DNA from: Candidatus Undinarchaeota archaeon
GTDB taxonomy: Archaea > SpSt-1190 > JASMDC01
Assembly: GCA_964519305.1 (NCBI GenBank)
Contig: CAZFHY010000012.1
Location: 67,446 to 131,445 of the forward strand
Reading direction: 5' to 3'
DNA: 64,000 bases
The first letter of the stretch is position 1. Each line of letters opens with the position of its first letter. The notes beneath the pieces were generated by a model. The model saw nothing but the letters and a program-made list of their open reading frames with translations. It was not told where the DNA came from and made no database searches. This document shows positions 1 through 9,117 of the stretch, piece by piece. Made by a program: the position numbers and the translations under genes.

Positions 1-85
1 ACACAAAGGAGTGATATGTGCCCATCCCGCTGAACACGTCCCCGTCCTCGCAATCTTTTTAAGCCCCGGCCACCATGCTCTGACC

Positions 86-1009
86 GTGACCGACCTCGCA
101 CTTGAAGGACCGGACGATGCGATCACTGCGGCCCTGCTGGCCCCGACCATCGAGGTCAGTGCCCATCCCAAGCCAGGGAACGTGTCGCCTGTCGCCTCGT
201 TCCCCGACATCGCTCACGCCCATTTTCTCGCATCTGCAGCCGCACTGCACGGACCGCTCCACGCGCTGGCTTCCCGTGCCACCGGAGAGCCTTCCGCCGC
301 CGGCCTCGGGCGGGCCATGGAGGAGGCCGTTCTCAATGGCACGCGATGGCATCATGGCGGGAACACACTCCTAGGGACCATCTTCCTCATCTTCCCCCTG
401 GCCGCAGGTGCTGTGCGCACGCTCGCACATGACGACCGTACCCTCGATGGGCTCATCAGCGCCGCACGCGAGCTCGTGCGCGAAGCCACATCGGAGGACA
501 CAGGAGCGATCTACCGCGCCATCGCCGCGGCCAGTCCCGGCGGGCTCGGCAGGACGGAGCGTTGGGACGCCACGGCACCCGACGCCGCTGACCAGGTAGT
601 GTCCCAGGGCGTCACACCTCTGGTCGCCTTCGGTGAGGCCGTGTCGCGGGACGACGTGGCCCGGGAGCTCGTGGAGGGCTTCCCCCGGTCCCGTCGTTGC
701 TGCTCCTACCTCCTCGACCGTGACAAGTTGGAATCCGAGGCAGTGGTACTGGCCTACATGGACCTGCTCGCCGAACGTCCTGACTCGCTGATCAGGCGCA
801 AAGCAGGCGACGAGGTGGCCCGGGAGGTCATGAACGCTGCCAGGTCGATCGTGACCGGGTTAGAACCGCTCTCAGTTGACTGGTGGCACGGGATTCGGTC
901 GCTGGATGATGAGCTCCGCAAGGACGGGAACCGCCGCAATCCCGGCACGACCGCCGACATCACCGCCGCCGGCCTCTTCCTCGCCCTCTGCTGCGGACTG
1001 CGTCCATAA
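86..1009 (+). CDS. citG: Triphosphoribosyl-dephospho-CoA synthase (CitG) family protein, archaeal type
   Basis: Motifs EVSAHPKPGNV, GGNTLLGTIFL, PDSLIRRKAG and RNPGTTAD. Start moved to GTG 86 because TATA-like TTTTTAAG lies at 56-63. Confidence 0.85.
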   Translation: MTDLALEGPDDAITAALLAPTIEVSAHPKPGNVSPVASFPDIAHAHFLASAAALHGPLHALASRATGEPSAAGLGRAMEEAVLNGTRWHHGGNTLLGTIFLIFPLAAGAVRTLAHDDRTLDGLISAARELVREATSEDTGAIYRAIAAASPGGLGRTERWDATAPDAADQVVSQGVTPLVAFGEAVSRDDVARELVEGFPRSRRCCSYLLDRDKLESEAVVLAYMDLLAERPDSLIRRKAGDEVAREVMNAARSIVTGLEPLSVDWWHGIRSLDDELRKDGNRRNPGTTADITAAGLFLALCCGLRP

Positions 1010-1082
1010 GGCCGTCGTCGCCGTGACAAAACGTTAATAAAAGAGGATGTCGCACTATCAGACAGACGGTATTACCGCTGAA

Positions 1083-1589
1083 ATGGGACACATCATGGCC
1101 ACCGACGACGACACAGTCATCGCCCCGGGGAACATCCGAGTGCGGGGCATCCGCTCCGCCGTCATCACCGGTGACTTCATCGCTCGTATCGAGCGGATGT
1201 TCCAACGCATGGCAGGACGCGGTTCGTCCCCCATCGCCTTCGATGCTGGTAGGGAGATGGGATTGCGACTTGTGACCGAAGGTCTCGAGGCGTCCCTCGA
1301 CGAGGCTGGCTCATTCCTATCGGAGACGAACGTCGGCACCCTGAAGGTCGTATCGCTGGACACAGGCCACAAAGGAGGCATCCTCCGGGTCGAGGACTCG
1401 TTCTTCGCAGTCTCGTTCCTGGAGCACGCAGGAGAGTCCCAGCGACCGGTATGCGACTACCTGCGCGGACTCTTCGCTGGAGTGTTCGAGGGGCACTACC
1501 ACGAGCGGTTCCTGTGCCTTGAACGCCATTGTGCCGCGCGTGGCGAGTCCGCCTGCGAGTTCTCCATATATCCCTCACACCCCGTCTAG
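1083..1589 (+). CDS. V4R (4-vinyl reductase) domain protein
   Basis: PVCDYLRGLFAG...E..CAARGESACEF V4R signature. Start uncertain (1047, 1083 or 1095). Confidence 0.8.
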   Translation: MGHIMATDDDTVIAPGNIRVRGIRSAVITGDFIARIERMFQRMAGRGSSPIAFDAGREMGLRLVTEGLEASLDEAGSFLSETNVGTLKVVSLDTGHKGGILRVEDSFFAVSFLEHAGESQRPVCDYLRGLFAGVFEGHYHERFLCLERHCAARGESACEFSIYPSHPV

Positions 1590-1600
1590 GAGGTGAACGC

Positions 1601-1888
1601 ATGGAAGAACGCGTGCGTGCCCACGTGATCGTGTCAGGCCTCGTCCAAGGGGTGTTCTTCAGGGTCACTACACGCGACGTCGCCGATGACCTCGGCCTCA
1701 CGGGACTTGTCCGCAACCTACGCTCCGGTGACGTTGAGATCATCGCCGAAGGTCCCCGGGAAGCGGTCGAACGCCTCATCTCCTGGGCTCACAAGGGGCC
1801 GCGCCTCTCCAGGGTGGACGATGTGAGCACGACCTGGGAAGAGGCCACTAGCGAGTATCCACGGTTCGACGTAGCGCGGACGCTCTAA
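1601..1888 (+). CDS. acyP: Acylphosphatase
   Basis: VSGLVQGVFFR and GLVRNL..GDVEIIAEG motifs; RBS GGAGGTGA before ATG 1601. Confidence 0.93.
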   Translation: MEERVRAHVIVSGLVQGVFFRVTTRDVADDLGLTGLVRNLRSGDVEIIAEGPREAVERLISWAHKGPRLSRVDDVSTTWEEATSEYPRFDVARTL

Positions 1889-1921
1889 GAACGGTTTCTT
1901 ACCGGTCCTGAGCAGGCAACG

Positions 1922-2572
1922 CTACCTGATGTTGATCCTGAGCACCGGTAGGCCGATGCGGACCTGGACGCCAGGACCTCGGTAGTGGCGACCGTGCCAT
2001 CTGTGGTGGTGGTGGGGGCCAGGATGGGAGTACGCGTTGCGCGGGTTGCTCCCGCGGAACACCTCGTCGCCATCGGACCAGCCGTCGCCGTCAGTGTCCC
2101 AGTGGGTCAGGTCGGTGCCGTGGTAGACCTCCTTCCCGTCCTTGAGACCGTCCCAGTCCGTGTCGATCGAACGTGGGTCGCTCCCGTACCGGTGCACCTC
2201 GGTGCCGTCGTTGATGCCGTCACGGTCCGTGTCCATGATCCGTGGGTTCGATCCGTAGGTGTTTATCTCGGCATGGTCGCTCAGTCCGTCGCCATCGGTG
2301 TCGATACCACTGCCAGCGCCACTATCGCCCTGGTAGTTGTTACCGCCACCGTTAGTATCGTAATTCCGCCATCCGCCGGACTTGCTGCCGCCCTTGTCGC
2401 GCCAGCCCTCCTGGGCGTTGGCCTCCTCTGCGAGAACGCACACGCCGACTATGGCACCGGCCAATATTGCCGTGCCGGCCATACCGTAGGATGAGAGATC
2501 GTCAGTCTTATGGTAAGCGTCCGCCTTCTCGGCGGTAGCGACACCATCGGTTTCCAGGTCAAGACCGTACAT
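1922..2572 (-). CDS. 'DLE-leader' protein 1: acidic leader, TM/signal helix, thrombospondin type-3-like (DTDGDG) Ca-binding repeats and His/Arg-rich tail
   Basis: Four DTDxDG-x-x-D-x-x-E repeats; hydrophobic segment at about residues 28-47; paralogue of 2642..3364. Confidence 0.8.
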   Translation of the reverse strand: MYGLDLETDGVATAEKADAYHKTDDLSSYGMAGTAILAGAIVGVCVLAEEANAQEGWRDKGGSKSGGWRNYDTNGGGNNYQGDSGAGSGIDTDGDGLSDHAEINTYGSNPRIMDTDRDGINDGTEVHRYGSDPRSIDTDWDGLKDGKEVYHGTDLTHWDTDGDGWSDGDEVFRGSNPRNAYSHPGPHHHHRWHGRHYRGPGVQVRIGLPVLRINIR

Positions 2573-2595
2573 GAGGGATTCCCGGCCCTCGGTCT

Positions 2596-2610
2596 GTTAA
2601 TAAAGTTTTC
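2596..2610 (-). promoter_or_regulatory. BRE/TATA promoter of the AAWCYTTATTA type; copies also at about 3388-3403, 3946-3960, 18344-18359 and 56855-56876
   Basis: The TTATTA core lies 26, 26, 26 and 29 nt upstream of the four leader-gene start codons, consistent with leaderless or near-leaderless transcripts. Confidence 0.65.
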
Positions 2611-2641
2611 CTTTAGTTGTCACCGGCGAGTGACGGCATAC

Positions 2642-3364
2642 CTACCTGAAGGTGAATCTCAGCCCTGGTAGCCGGATTATGACCCGTCCCCCACCGGAGT
2701 GGTGTGGGTGGTGGTATCGCCCGTTGCGATAGCGCCATCCGCCATGGTGGTCCCGCGACCGGTGTCGTCTGTTCCAGCCGGGGTTGGAGCGTGAGTTGCG
2801 CGGGCTGGTACCGTAGCGCACCTCGTCACCGTCGGACCATCCGTCGTTGTCCGTGTCCCAGTCCGTAAGGCTCGTACCGTGGTAGATCTCCCTTCCATCC
2901 CAGAGGCCGTCGCCGTCCGTGTCCCTGCTCAGGGGGTTCGAGCCGTGCCTGAACACCTCGGCACCGTCGCTGATCGAGTCACCATCGGTGTCGTAGATGC
3001 GGGGATTTGTCCTGTAGGTGTGGACCTCCTTGTAATCGGAGATACCGTCGCCGTCGGAGTCCCTGGTGTAGTTGATGTTCGGCTGCTGGTGGACGTGCTC
3101 TTGAACGTGATTTGTCTCGGGCTGGGGCTGATAGACCGGCTCTTGAGGCTGGTCAGGAAGGTTCCCGTTTTCGTCCTGGCCGACGTCGTAGTTACGCCAG
3201 TCGCGTGCCTCCGCCTCCTCTGCGAGCACACCGAGCCCGATTATGAGACCCGCCATGGCGACACCGCCAGCGACACTGTAGGATGAAAGGTCGTCGGCTT
3301 GTCGATATCCGTCGGCCGACTCAGTAGCAGCATATCCTTCCGATTCGAGGTCAAGAGCGTCCAT
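2642..3364 (-). CDS. 'DLE-leader' protein 2: acidic leader, TM/signal helix, TSP3-like repeats and His/Arg-rich tail
   Basis: Four D[ST]DxDG repeats; same architecture as 1922..2572. Confidence 0.8.
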   Translation of the reverse strand: MDALDLESEGYAATESADGYRQADDLSSYSVAGGVAMAGLIIGLGVLAEEAEARDWRNYDVGQDENGNLPDQPQEPVYQPQPETNHVQEHVHQQPNINYTRDSDGDGISDYKEVHTYRTNPRIYDTDGDSISDGAEVFRHGSNPLSRDTDGDGLWDGREIYHGTSLTDWDTDNDGWSDGDEVRYGTSPRNSRSNPGWNRRHRSRDHHGGWRYRNGRYHHPHHSGGGRVIIRLPGLRFTFR

Positions 3365-3517
3365 GAAGCGTGTCAGAGCATGGCAGGGTTAATAAAGATT
3401 GTTACTCCGACGAGCGGAAACTGCGACAGAACAAGCGCTGAGTAAAGCGATTACTGCGTACGTAGGTCTACGGAACTCCGGGCAGGTCCCCGGCCGGGAT
3501 TGTCGAGAGACCGGTCC

Positions 3518-3922
3518 CTAGAAGTTCTCCTCTTCCCTGCGGCGGGATGCGTAGCCGAAAGCGTAGGAACCGCCGACTATCGAGACCAGCAGTCCTCCCG
3601 CCATATGTCCTCCGTACTGCGCGAGCGTATTGTCCGCGACCATGTGAACGGAGTCCGACGGTATCCCGATAAATGATCCGTCGCCGTTGTCCAGGAAGTA
3701 GTCCGAGTCGAACAGACCGGTCTCGGCGAGCACGGGATTTCCCTGGGCGTCCTCATAGTGCCACTCAGCATCGCCTATCCCGATGAGGCAACCCGCTGCC
3801 GTGGCAGCTAGAGCGATCCCCGCACCTGTGGCAATGGCGATATCGTTAAGGTCATCGGTGATAGCATAACCGCCCGTGGTCGACGCGTCCGCATAGCCCG
3901 TCGTCTCCAGGTCTACGTCCAT
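3518..3922 (-). CDS. 'DLE-leader' protein 3: small two-TM membrane protein
   Basis: Shared leader motif; second hydrophobic segment near the C-terminus followed by RRREEE. ATG 3922 sits 26 nt from its TATA, as in the paralogues. Confidence 0.7.
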   Translation of the reverse strand: MDVDLETTGYADASTTGGYAITDDLNDIAIATGAGIALAATAAGCLIGIGDAEWHYEDAQGNPVLAETGLFDSDYFLDNGDGSFIGIPSDSVHMVADNTLAQYGGHMAGGLLVSIVGGSYAFGYASRRREEENF

Positions 3923-3993
3923 GGCCACGCTCCGCCCATCGAGCGAATAATAAGGATTCAGAACCCCCCCAGAGGTGGTGCTCTCACTGGGAG

Positions 3994-4800
3994 CTAGGCA
4001 GACGGGTCCTCACACTCGACCGGCTGCATCTTATCGTGCCGTCGGGCATACCATTCGCCCGAGCCGAAGTCAGAGGTTATCTCGTTGTCCCGTACGCGAT
4101 AGGCGACGTTGAAGTACGGATCATCGGTACCATCCACGTCGAGCTTGGCATGGTAGTTCTCGATTATGAGGGGTGCGTCAGGTTCATGCTCCTCGCCCAC
4201 CCGGTAGGCGATGGATTCGAGGACGGTCGTCGCCTGGCGGTCCCATGCGCATGCGAGTTCACCGGAAGCATATCCCGGAAGCATTTCGCTGAGGAACAAG
4301 TAGACCTGTTCGTCGATGACCACACCCTTCTCGTTCAGGACATCATTTATACTCCCCTCGAGGTATCCCTTGGTCTGCTCGTCGTCGAGATGTGAGGCCT
4401 TATAATCTCGATAGCGCGGTGATCCCACGACCACCGTCCGAACAACGGACGCATCCGCTCCTTCAGGACTGTTCAGGTAGAGGACCGCGTACGCGTCGTC
4501 CTCATGCACCAAGGGCCGCCCGTCGTTACCTTGCGTCACCCGTCGACAGATCTCCACCTGGAAGATGGACTGGTCCATACCCTCCCCGTCACCCACACCG
4601 TACTCGTCCAGTTTATACACGTCAGTCACTCCGTACGAGATGGGCTTCTCACCGCTCTGGTAGGGCTGGGGGACGATGACTTCCTCAAGGGATTGTTCCG
4701 TGGTGACGCCGAGAGGACCGTTCGGACCGTTAACCCGGGGCTCTCGGTAGAGGTCCGAGACGATGACACCCGGATCAAGTGTGACCTCAATGTACGTCAC
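3994..4800 (-). CDS. Acidic hypothetical protein; C-terminal half is probably a divergent 'domain X'
   Basis: GGAGG RBS before GTG 4800 and TATA at 4841-4847; motif spacing matches 17060..17518. Confidence 0.65.
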   Translation of the reverse strand: MTYIEVTLDPGVIVSDLYREPRVNGPNGPLGVTTEQSLEEVIVPQPYQSGEKPISYGVTDVYKLDEYGVGDGEGMDQSIFQVEICRRVTQGNDGRPLVHEDDAYAVLYLNSPEGADASVVRTVVVGSPRYRDYKASHLDDEQTKGYLEGSINDVLNEKGVVIDEQVYLFLSEMLPGYASGELACAWDRQATTVLESIAYRVGEEHEPDAPLIIENYHAKLDVDGTDDPYFNVAYRVRDNEITSDFGSGEWYARRHDKMQPVECEDPSA

Positions 4801-4836
4801 ATCATGTCCTCCTGACAGGTGAGTGGGCCAAGAATC

Positions 4837-4854
4837 CCCCATATAAAGGTTCCC
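4837..4854 (-). promoter_or_regulatory. Promoter GGGAACCTTTATATGGGG; near-identical copy at 19289-19306 and related copy at 56835-56850
   Basis: 16/18 identity between the 4837 and 19289 copies, both upstream of domain-X genes. Confidence 0.65.
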
Positions 4855-4886
4855 AAGGGTCACCGGCCACGAGTTCACGAGGGCGT

Positions 4887-6140
4887 CTACCCGGTCTGCC
4901 CCTCGCGGACTATCTCACCTTCCTTGATGACCGTGTCCACAAGGTTTATCCCGAAATGGTAGGGGAGATGGATGTGGTTCGGAGCATCGAGGATTATCAT
5001 GTCCGCTTTCTTCCCGACGTCGAGGCTCCCGACCTCGTCCGCCCTGTTGATGGCGTAGGCCGCGTTGAGCGTGGCGGCGACGATGGCCTCGGCGGGCAGC
5101 ATACGCATCTGGACGCACGCCAGTGATATCATGAGCGGCATGCCCTCGGTCAGGCAGTTGGGATTGAGGTCGGTCGCGAGCGCCAACGGCAGCCCCTGTT
5201 CGACCATGTACCTGGCCCGCGGATAGTCGGTCCTCAGCACGAACGGCGTCCCAGGAAGGAGCACGCCCATGACACCCTCGCGCGCCATGGCCCCTATCCC
5301 TGCGTCCGAGGCCATGAGAAGGTGGTCGGCAGACACGGCACCCACCTCTGCCGCGAGCTCCGAGCCGCCCAGCTGTGAGAGCTCGTCAGCGTGGAGCTTC
5401 GGTGCAAGTCCTGCCTCGGCCGCTGCGCTCAGTAGTTTCCGGGACTGGTCAACGGAGAACACGCCTTTCTCACAGAACACGTCACAGAACTCGGCCAGCC
5501 CCTCGCTGGCGACCTTCGGGACCGCTTCGTGCACGAGGAGTTCGATGTAAGCGTCGGGATCTGTCCTCTCGGGCACCGCATGCGCTCCCAGGAAGGTGGA
5601 CACGATGTCCGCAGGATGTTCTTTCCCGAGCCTGAGTGCGGCACGCAGGCACTTGAGCTCGTCCTCGACGGTAAGCCCGTACCCGCTCTTGGCCTCGACA
5701 GTGGTCGTCCCCCAGGTGAGCATGCGGTCGAGCCGTCGGCGTGCCTGGTCAACGAGCTCGTCCTCGGTGGCAGTACGGGTCGCTCGCACGGTGGAGAATA
5801 TACCGCCCCCGGCCTCCATTATCTCCATATAGCCCTTGCCCTCGAGCTTCATCACGTACTCGTGCTCGCGCGAGCCACCGAACACCAGGTGCGTGTGGGG
5901 GTCAACGAACCCGGGCATCACCACGCGTCCACCCGCATCGAGCTTCTCTCCGGAAAAACTGGCGAGCACGTCCCGGGTCCTCCCTGTACCGATGATCCGG
6001 CCGTCCGTCACCGCTACGGCGCCGTCGCGCACGATACCCAAATGGCCCTGCGCAGGTCCCGTTCGAGGACATCCCCCGTCGGGGACGGTGAGAAGCTCCG
6101 CTGCGTTGGTGATGATGAGGTCGGCGGCGATGCGTGCCAT
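4887..6140 (-). CDS. hutI: Imidazolonepropionase
   Basis: PGFVDPHTHLVFGG, EAKSGYGL, FCDVFCE, LHADEL, SADHL and ATDLNP motifs. Start reassigned to ATG 6140. Confidence 0.93.
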   Translation of the reverse strand: MARIAADLIITNAAELLTVPDGGCPRTGPAQGHLGIVRDGAVAVTDGRIIGTGRTRDVLASFSGEKLDAGGRVVMPGFVDPHTHLVFGGSREHEYVMKLEGKGYMEIMEAGGGIFSTVRATRTATEDELVDQARRRLDRMLTWGTTTVEAKSGYGLTVEDELKCLRAALRLGKEHPADIVSTFLGAHAVPERTDPDAYIELLVHEAVPKVASEGLAEFCDVFCEKGVFSVDQSRKLLSAAAEAGLAPKLHADELSQLGGSELAAEVGAVSADHLLMASDAGIGAMAREGVMGVLLPGTPFVLRTDYPRARYMVEQGLPLALATDLNPNCLTEGMPLMISLACVQMRMLPAEAIVAATLNAAYAINRADEVGSLDVGKKADMIILDAPNHIHLPYHFGINLVDTVIKEGEIVREGQTG

Positions 6141-6195
6141 GACGTGGGCCACGGGCGGGTAAATCTTCATTAATCTGATGGGTGATAAAGTGGTC

Positions 6196-6765
6196 ATGTC
6201 CGACATGAACCTCGAACCCAAGCTTACCAGCATTATCAACGAACTCCCCCAAGCCGTCGTGAAGGGTGACAGCGTCAAGCTCGCCAACGTACGGGTGGCC
6301 GCGGACGAGGCCATTGGTGATGTCCGCGAGTTCATCCAGGCCGCCCAGCAGCAGCAGATGCAGACGGTCATCACAAAGCTCAACCAGGACCAGGCCCTCA
6401 CCAACGATGAGGCGGCCGTGGTCGAGGACTTCTTCGTTGGCGACGCCGAGGCCTATATGAAGGCCGAGAACAACGTGGAGGAGTGGAATACAGAGCTCAA
6501 GCGTCTCCATGGTGTCGTGCGCACGCTCACACAAAGGTTCCAGGCCAATCCGAACGATCTCAAGATGCTCCACGATCTGGGCGCGGCCCTCCAGGACCTG
6601 AGTCAGACGTCCATAAGCCTCCTGTTCTTCCTCCAGGCAAAGGACCGGATCGACCAGTTCAAGCTCTATCAGGGCCGGCTCACGAGCTCAGGTGACATGT
6701 GCAAGGAGGAACGTCAGGCGCTGTCCCAGTCCCTCATGGCCATGCTGACCTCGCCCGACTACTGA
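6196..6765 (+). CDS. Hypothetical alpha-helical protein
   Basis: Typical codon usage and helical composition; upstream GGTGA and AATCTTCATTA. Confidence 0.7.
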   Translation: MSDMNLEPKLTSIINELPQAVVKGDSVKLANVRVAADEAIGDVREFIQAAQQQQMQTVITKLNQDQALTNDEAAVVEDFFVGDAEAYMKAENNVEEWNTELKRLHGVVRTLTQRFQANPNDLKMLHDLGAALQDLSQTSISLLFFLQAKDRIDQFKLYQGRLTSSGDMCKEERQALSQSLMAMLTSPDY

Positions 6766-6776
6766 GCAAGGTGATA

Positions 6777-7238
6777 ATGATGGGCGAACTTGACTCACTG
6801 GACACTGACAAGCTCCACAAGATGATGGAGGAGCTGGAGAAGGCGGTCATCATCCTCTCCGAGGAGGAGGATTACGCCACGGCGAAGGAGCACCTGCTCT
6901 CTCTCATCAAGCGGGCACGGATGCAGGTGTACGACACGCTCGATCTGGACGGGTCCTACACGTTGTTCAGCACCGTGCTGGCGCTCAACGCCACTGGTTT
7001 TCTATACCTTGCCCTGGCGGGAGAGTCCGCGGGTACCGACAAGGAGAAGGATTACCTCACAAGGGCCTCGGGCGTGTTCGAGATGATCAACGCCGTGTTC
7101 GATCCCATCATGTCCAAGGACAAGGACCTACCGGTGGACGTGCGGGAAGGCCTCGACAAGGTATCCGACCTGGCCTCGGACGTGGCCGCACAGCTCCTGC
7201 GAAAGCACGGTGTGTGGGTAGATATGGACTTCGTGTGA
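6777..7238 (+). CDS. Hypothetical alpha-helical protein
   Basis: AGGTGA RBS; lies directly after 6196..6765. Confidence 0.7.
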   Translation: MMGELDSLDTDKLHKMMEELEKAVIILSEEEDYATAKEHLLSLIKRARMQVYDTLDLDGSYTLFSTVLALNATGFLYLALAGESAGTDKEKDYLTRASGVFEMINAVFDPIMSKDKDLPVDVREGLDKVSDLASDVAAQLLRKHGVWVDMDFV

Positions 7239-7253
7239 TCAGGGACGGCCGGA

Positions 7254-7676
7254 TCAGATCGTCGGAGGAAGCTGCTGCATCTGCATGCTCAGCTTCAGCT
7301 GCTGGAGGTCCTCGCTCAGATCATTGAAGGTCTTCTCCAAGCCTTCCTGACCTTTCTCGAGGTTCTCGAGCTGCTTGTCGATGAACGTGATGCTCTCAGG
7401 GATGCTCCTGCTCCCCACTACGCCCCCGATGTTGACCATGACCTTTTTTGTGTCCTCGATCTTGGTGTAGACGTACACACCCGAGCCGATAGGGACGAGC
7501 GCCTCGCCGCCCTTCTTCAGGTCCTTTAACCGCTCGAGCGCGTCACGGGTCACCGCTAGGCTCTCGCGCGTCTCGACGACCTTCATGAGCTGGAGCTGGA
7601 TCTGCTGGGCCTTCTCCTTGAGGATCTCGATCTCGTACATCCGCTGCTGCATATCGGCGGCATTGGGGTCGGTCAT
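7254..7676 (-). CDS. pfdA: Prefoldin subunit alpha
   Basis: Coiled coil, then ALVPIGSGVYV...VMVNIGG double hairpin, then coiled coil; 140 aa. Confidence 0.92.
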   Translation of the reverse strand: MTDPNAADMQQRMYEIEILKEKAQQIQLQLMKVVETRESLAVTRDALERLKDLKKGGEALVPIGSGVYVYTKIEDTKKVMVNIGGVVGSRSIPESITFIDKQLENLEKGQEGLEKTFNDLSEDLQQLKLSMQMQQLPPTI

Positions 7677-7724
7677 AGCGCATGCTGGGACGCGCGGGAT
7701 TGATAAAGGTTTCTGGGGCGACGG

Positions 7725-8591
7725 TCACGCCTCAAGGAGCTTTTGGACCCGTTGCACCACGGGTGGAACGTCCTCCGGCAAGAACGGATCATGCTCGAGC
7801 ACGACGGTGCCATGGAACCCTTGGAGACCCTCGAGGAAGCGCTCCACCGGGCATGTCCCCTTCCCCAGGGGCAGGTGAATGTCGCCCCATCCTCCCTCAG
7901 GATTGTTCTCTCCCTCGGGATGGACACGCCCCATGTTGTCGTGGACGTGGATATGGACTATGCGTTTCTTGAGGAGCTCTACGAACTTCTCCGGCTCGAA
8001 CTCATGGTGTGATGCGGACACCCATCCGTGGCCGATGTCCAGACATACCGGAAAATCGAGGTCGACGACCTCCTCGGGACGCTCGAACACGGACACCCTG
8101 ACGGGATCGACGTTCGAGTTCTCTATCACAAGCTGGACCGAGGAATCGTGGGCCAGTGCGGGCACGGTGCGCTTCGCCTCCGCTACGGCCTCTCCGCCCT
8201 CGATCGACTCCTCGTCCCGTCCGTCCGGGAACACCTTTCCAAGGTGCGTGATCAGGGGGAACGCATCGATCCGTTCGCACGTATCGAGGTAGAGACGGAG
8301 CAGTTCCAGGCTCTTGCGACGCACGCTCTTGGACGGGTCCGCAGGATTGAGCCGGAAGCCATCCTGGTAGATCGCAGCGTGGGCCGAGAGGGTAAGGCTG
8401 TAGGAGGAGAGGAGGTCCTGAAAATCTCTCAGGGCCTGAGGCTTGAAACGTAATCCCTCGCGTGGTAGAGGTATGTCACCGAACCGCAGTTCAGCATGGC
8501 GCACACCCAACCGCTCGAAATCGTCCAGCCTCTGGGCGACATCGTCCATGGTGATCTCACTTGTCGTGAAGACAGCAACACCTATTCGCAT
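7725..8591 (-). CDS. Sugar phosphate isomerase/epimerase (AP-endonuclease-2 TIM barrel)
   Basis: VIEN, CLDIGHG, HIHVHDN, DIHLPLGKG and VLE motifs. Confidence 0.85.
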   Translation of the reverse strand: MRIGVAVFTTSEITMDDVAQRLDDFERLGVRHAELRFGDIPLPREGLRFKPQALRDFQDLLSSYSLTLSAHAAIYQDGFRLNPADPSKSVRRKSLELLRLYLDTCERIDAFPLITHLGKVFPDGRDEESIEGGEAVAEAKRTVPALAHDSSVQLVIENSNVDPVRVSVFERPEEVVDLDFPVCLDIGHGWVSASHHEFEPEKFVELLKKRIVHIHVHDNMGRVHPEGENNPEGGWGDIHLPLGKGTCPVERFLEGLQGFHGTVVLEHDPFLPEDVPPVVQRVQKLLEA

Positions 8592-8646
8592 TCCTGTCCT
8601 GGTGCCGTAGGTAACATTTTTTAAGTGGTGTGCCCTCCCTCCCACC

Positions 8647-9117
8647 ATGCCCCGGGTCCGCCCGAACGACGTCCTCCGTGCCGTGTTCGAGCAGGGACGC
8701 GTTCCCACGATAGAGGAGATCGCTGCGCTCGACGCCAGGTCCGAGGCGGTCGCGAACTACAAGCTCTTCGTCGATGATGAACGAGTGGAGCGCTTGTTCG
8801 AGCCCAAGTCACTCAATGAGCGGTTCGGGATCGAGCTGGACCACAATCCCTGGGAGTCCCCGCAGGACGCCGACTACGGCGCCCTCCGCAAGGTGAACTC
8901 CCGATCGGTGACCGCTCTCCGCGCCCTTGGCCGTGGCTCCGATATGGAGGAGATCCGCGACCTGACCATCCTCGCCACCGTATCGGCAACGCTCATGGCC
9001 CTGATCATCAATAAGGAGGAGCGCGAGGGTGTCGGCAATTCTTGGGAGCGGTACGGTGAGAGAGAGCTGGGATGGATGCGACAGATCGGGGGTGAACGGC
9101 CACGGCGGAAGCGATGA
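8647..9117 (+). CDS. Hypothetical protein
   Basis: ORF with upstream TATA; ATGA overlap with the next gene. Confidence 0.65.
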   Translation: MPRVRPNDVLRAVFEQGRVPTIEEIAALDARSEAVANYKLFVDDERVERLFEPKSLNERFGIELDHNPWESPQDADYGALRKVNSRSVTALRALGRGSDMEEIRDLTILATVSATLMALIINKEEREGVGNSWERYGERELGWMRQIGGERPRRKR

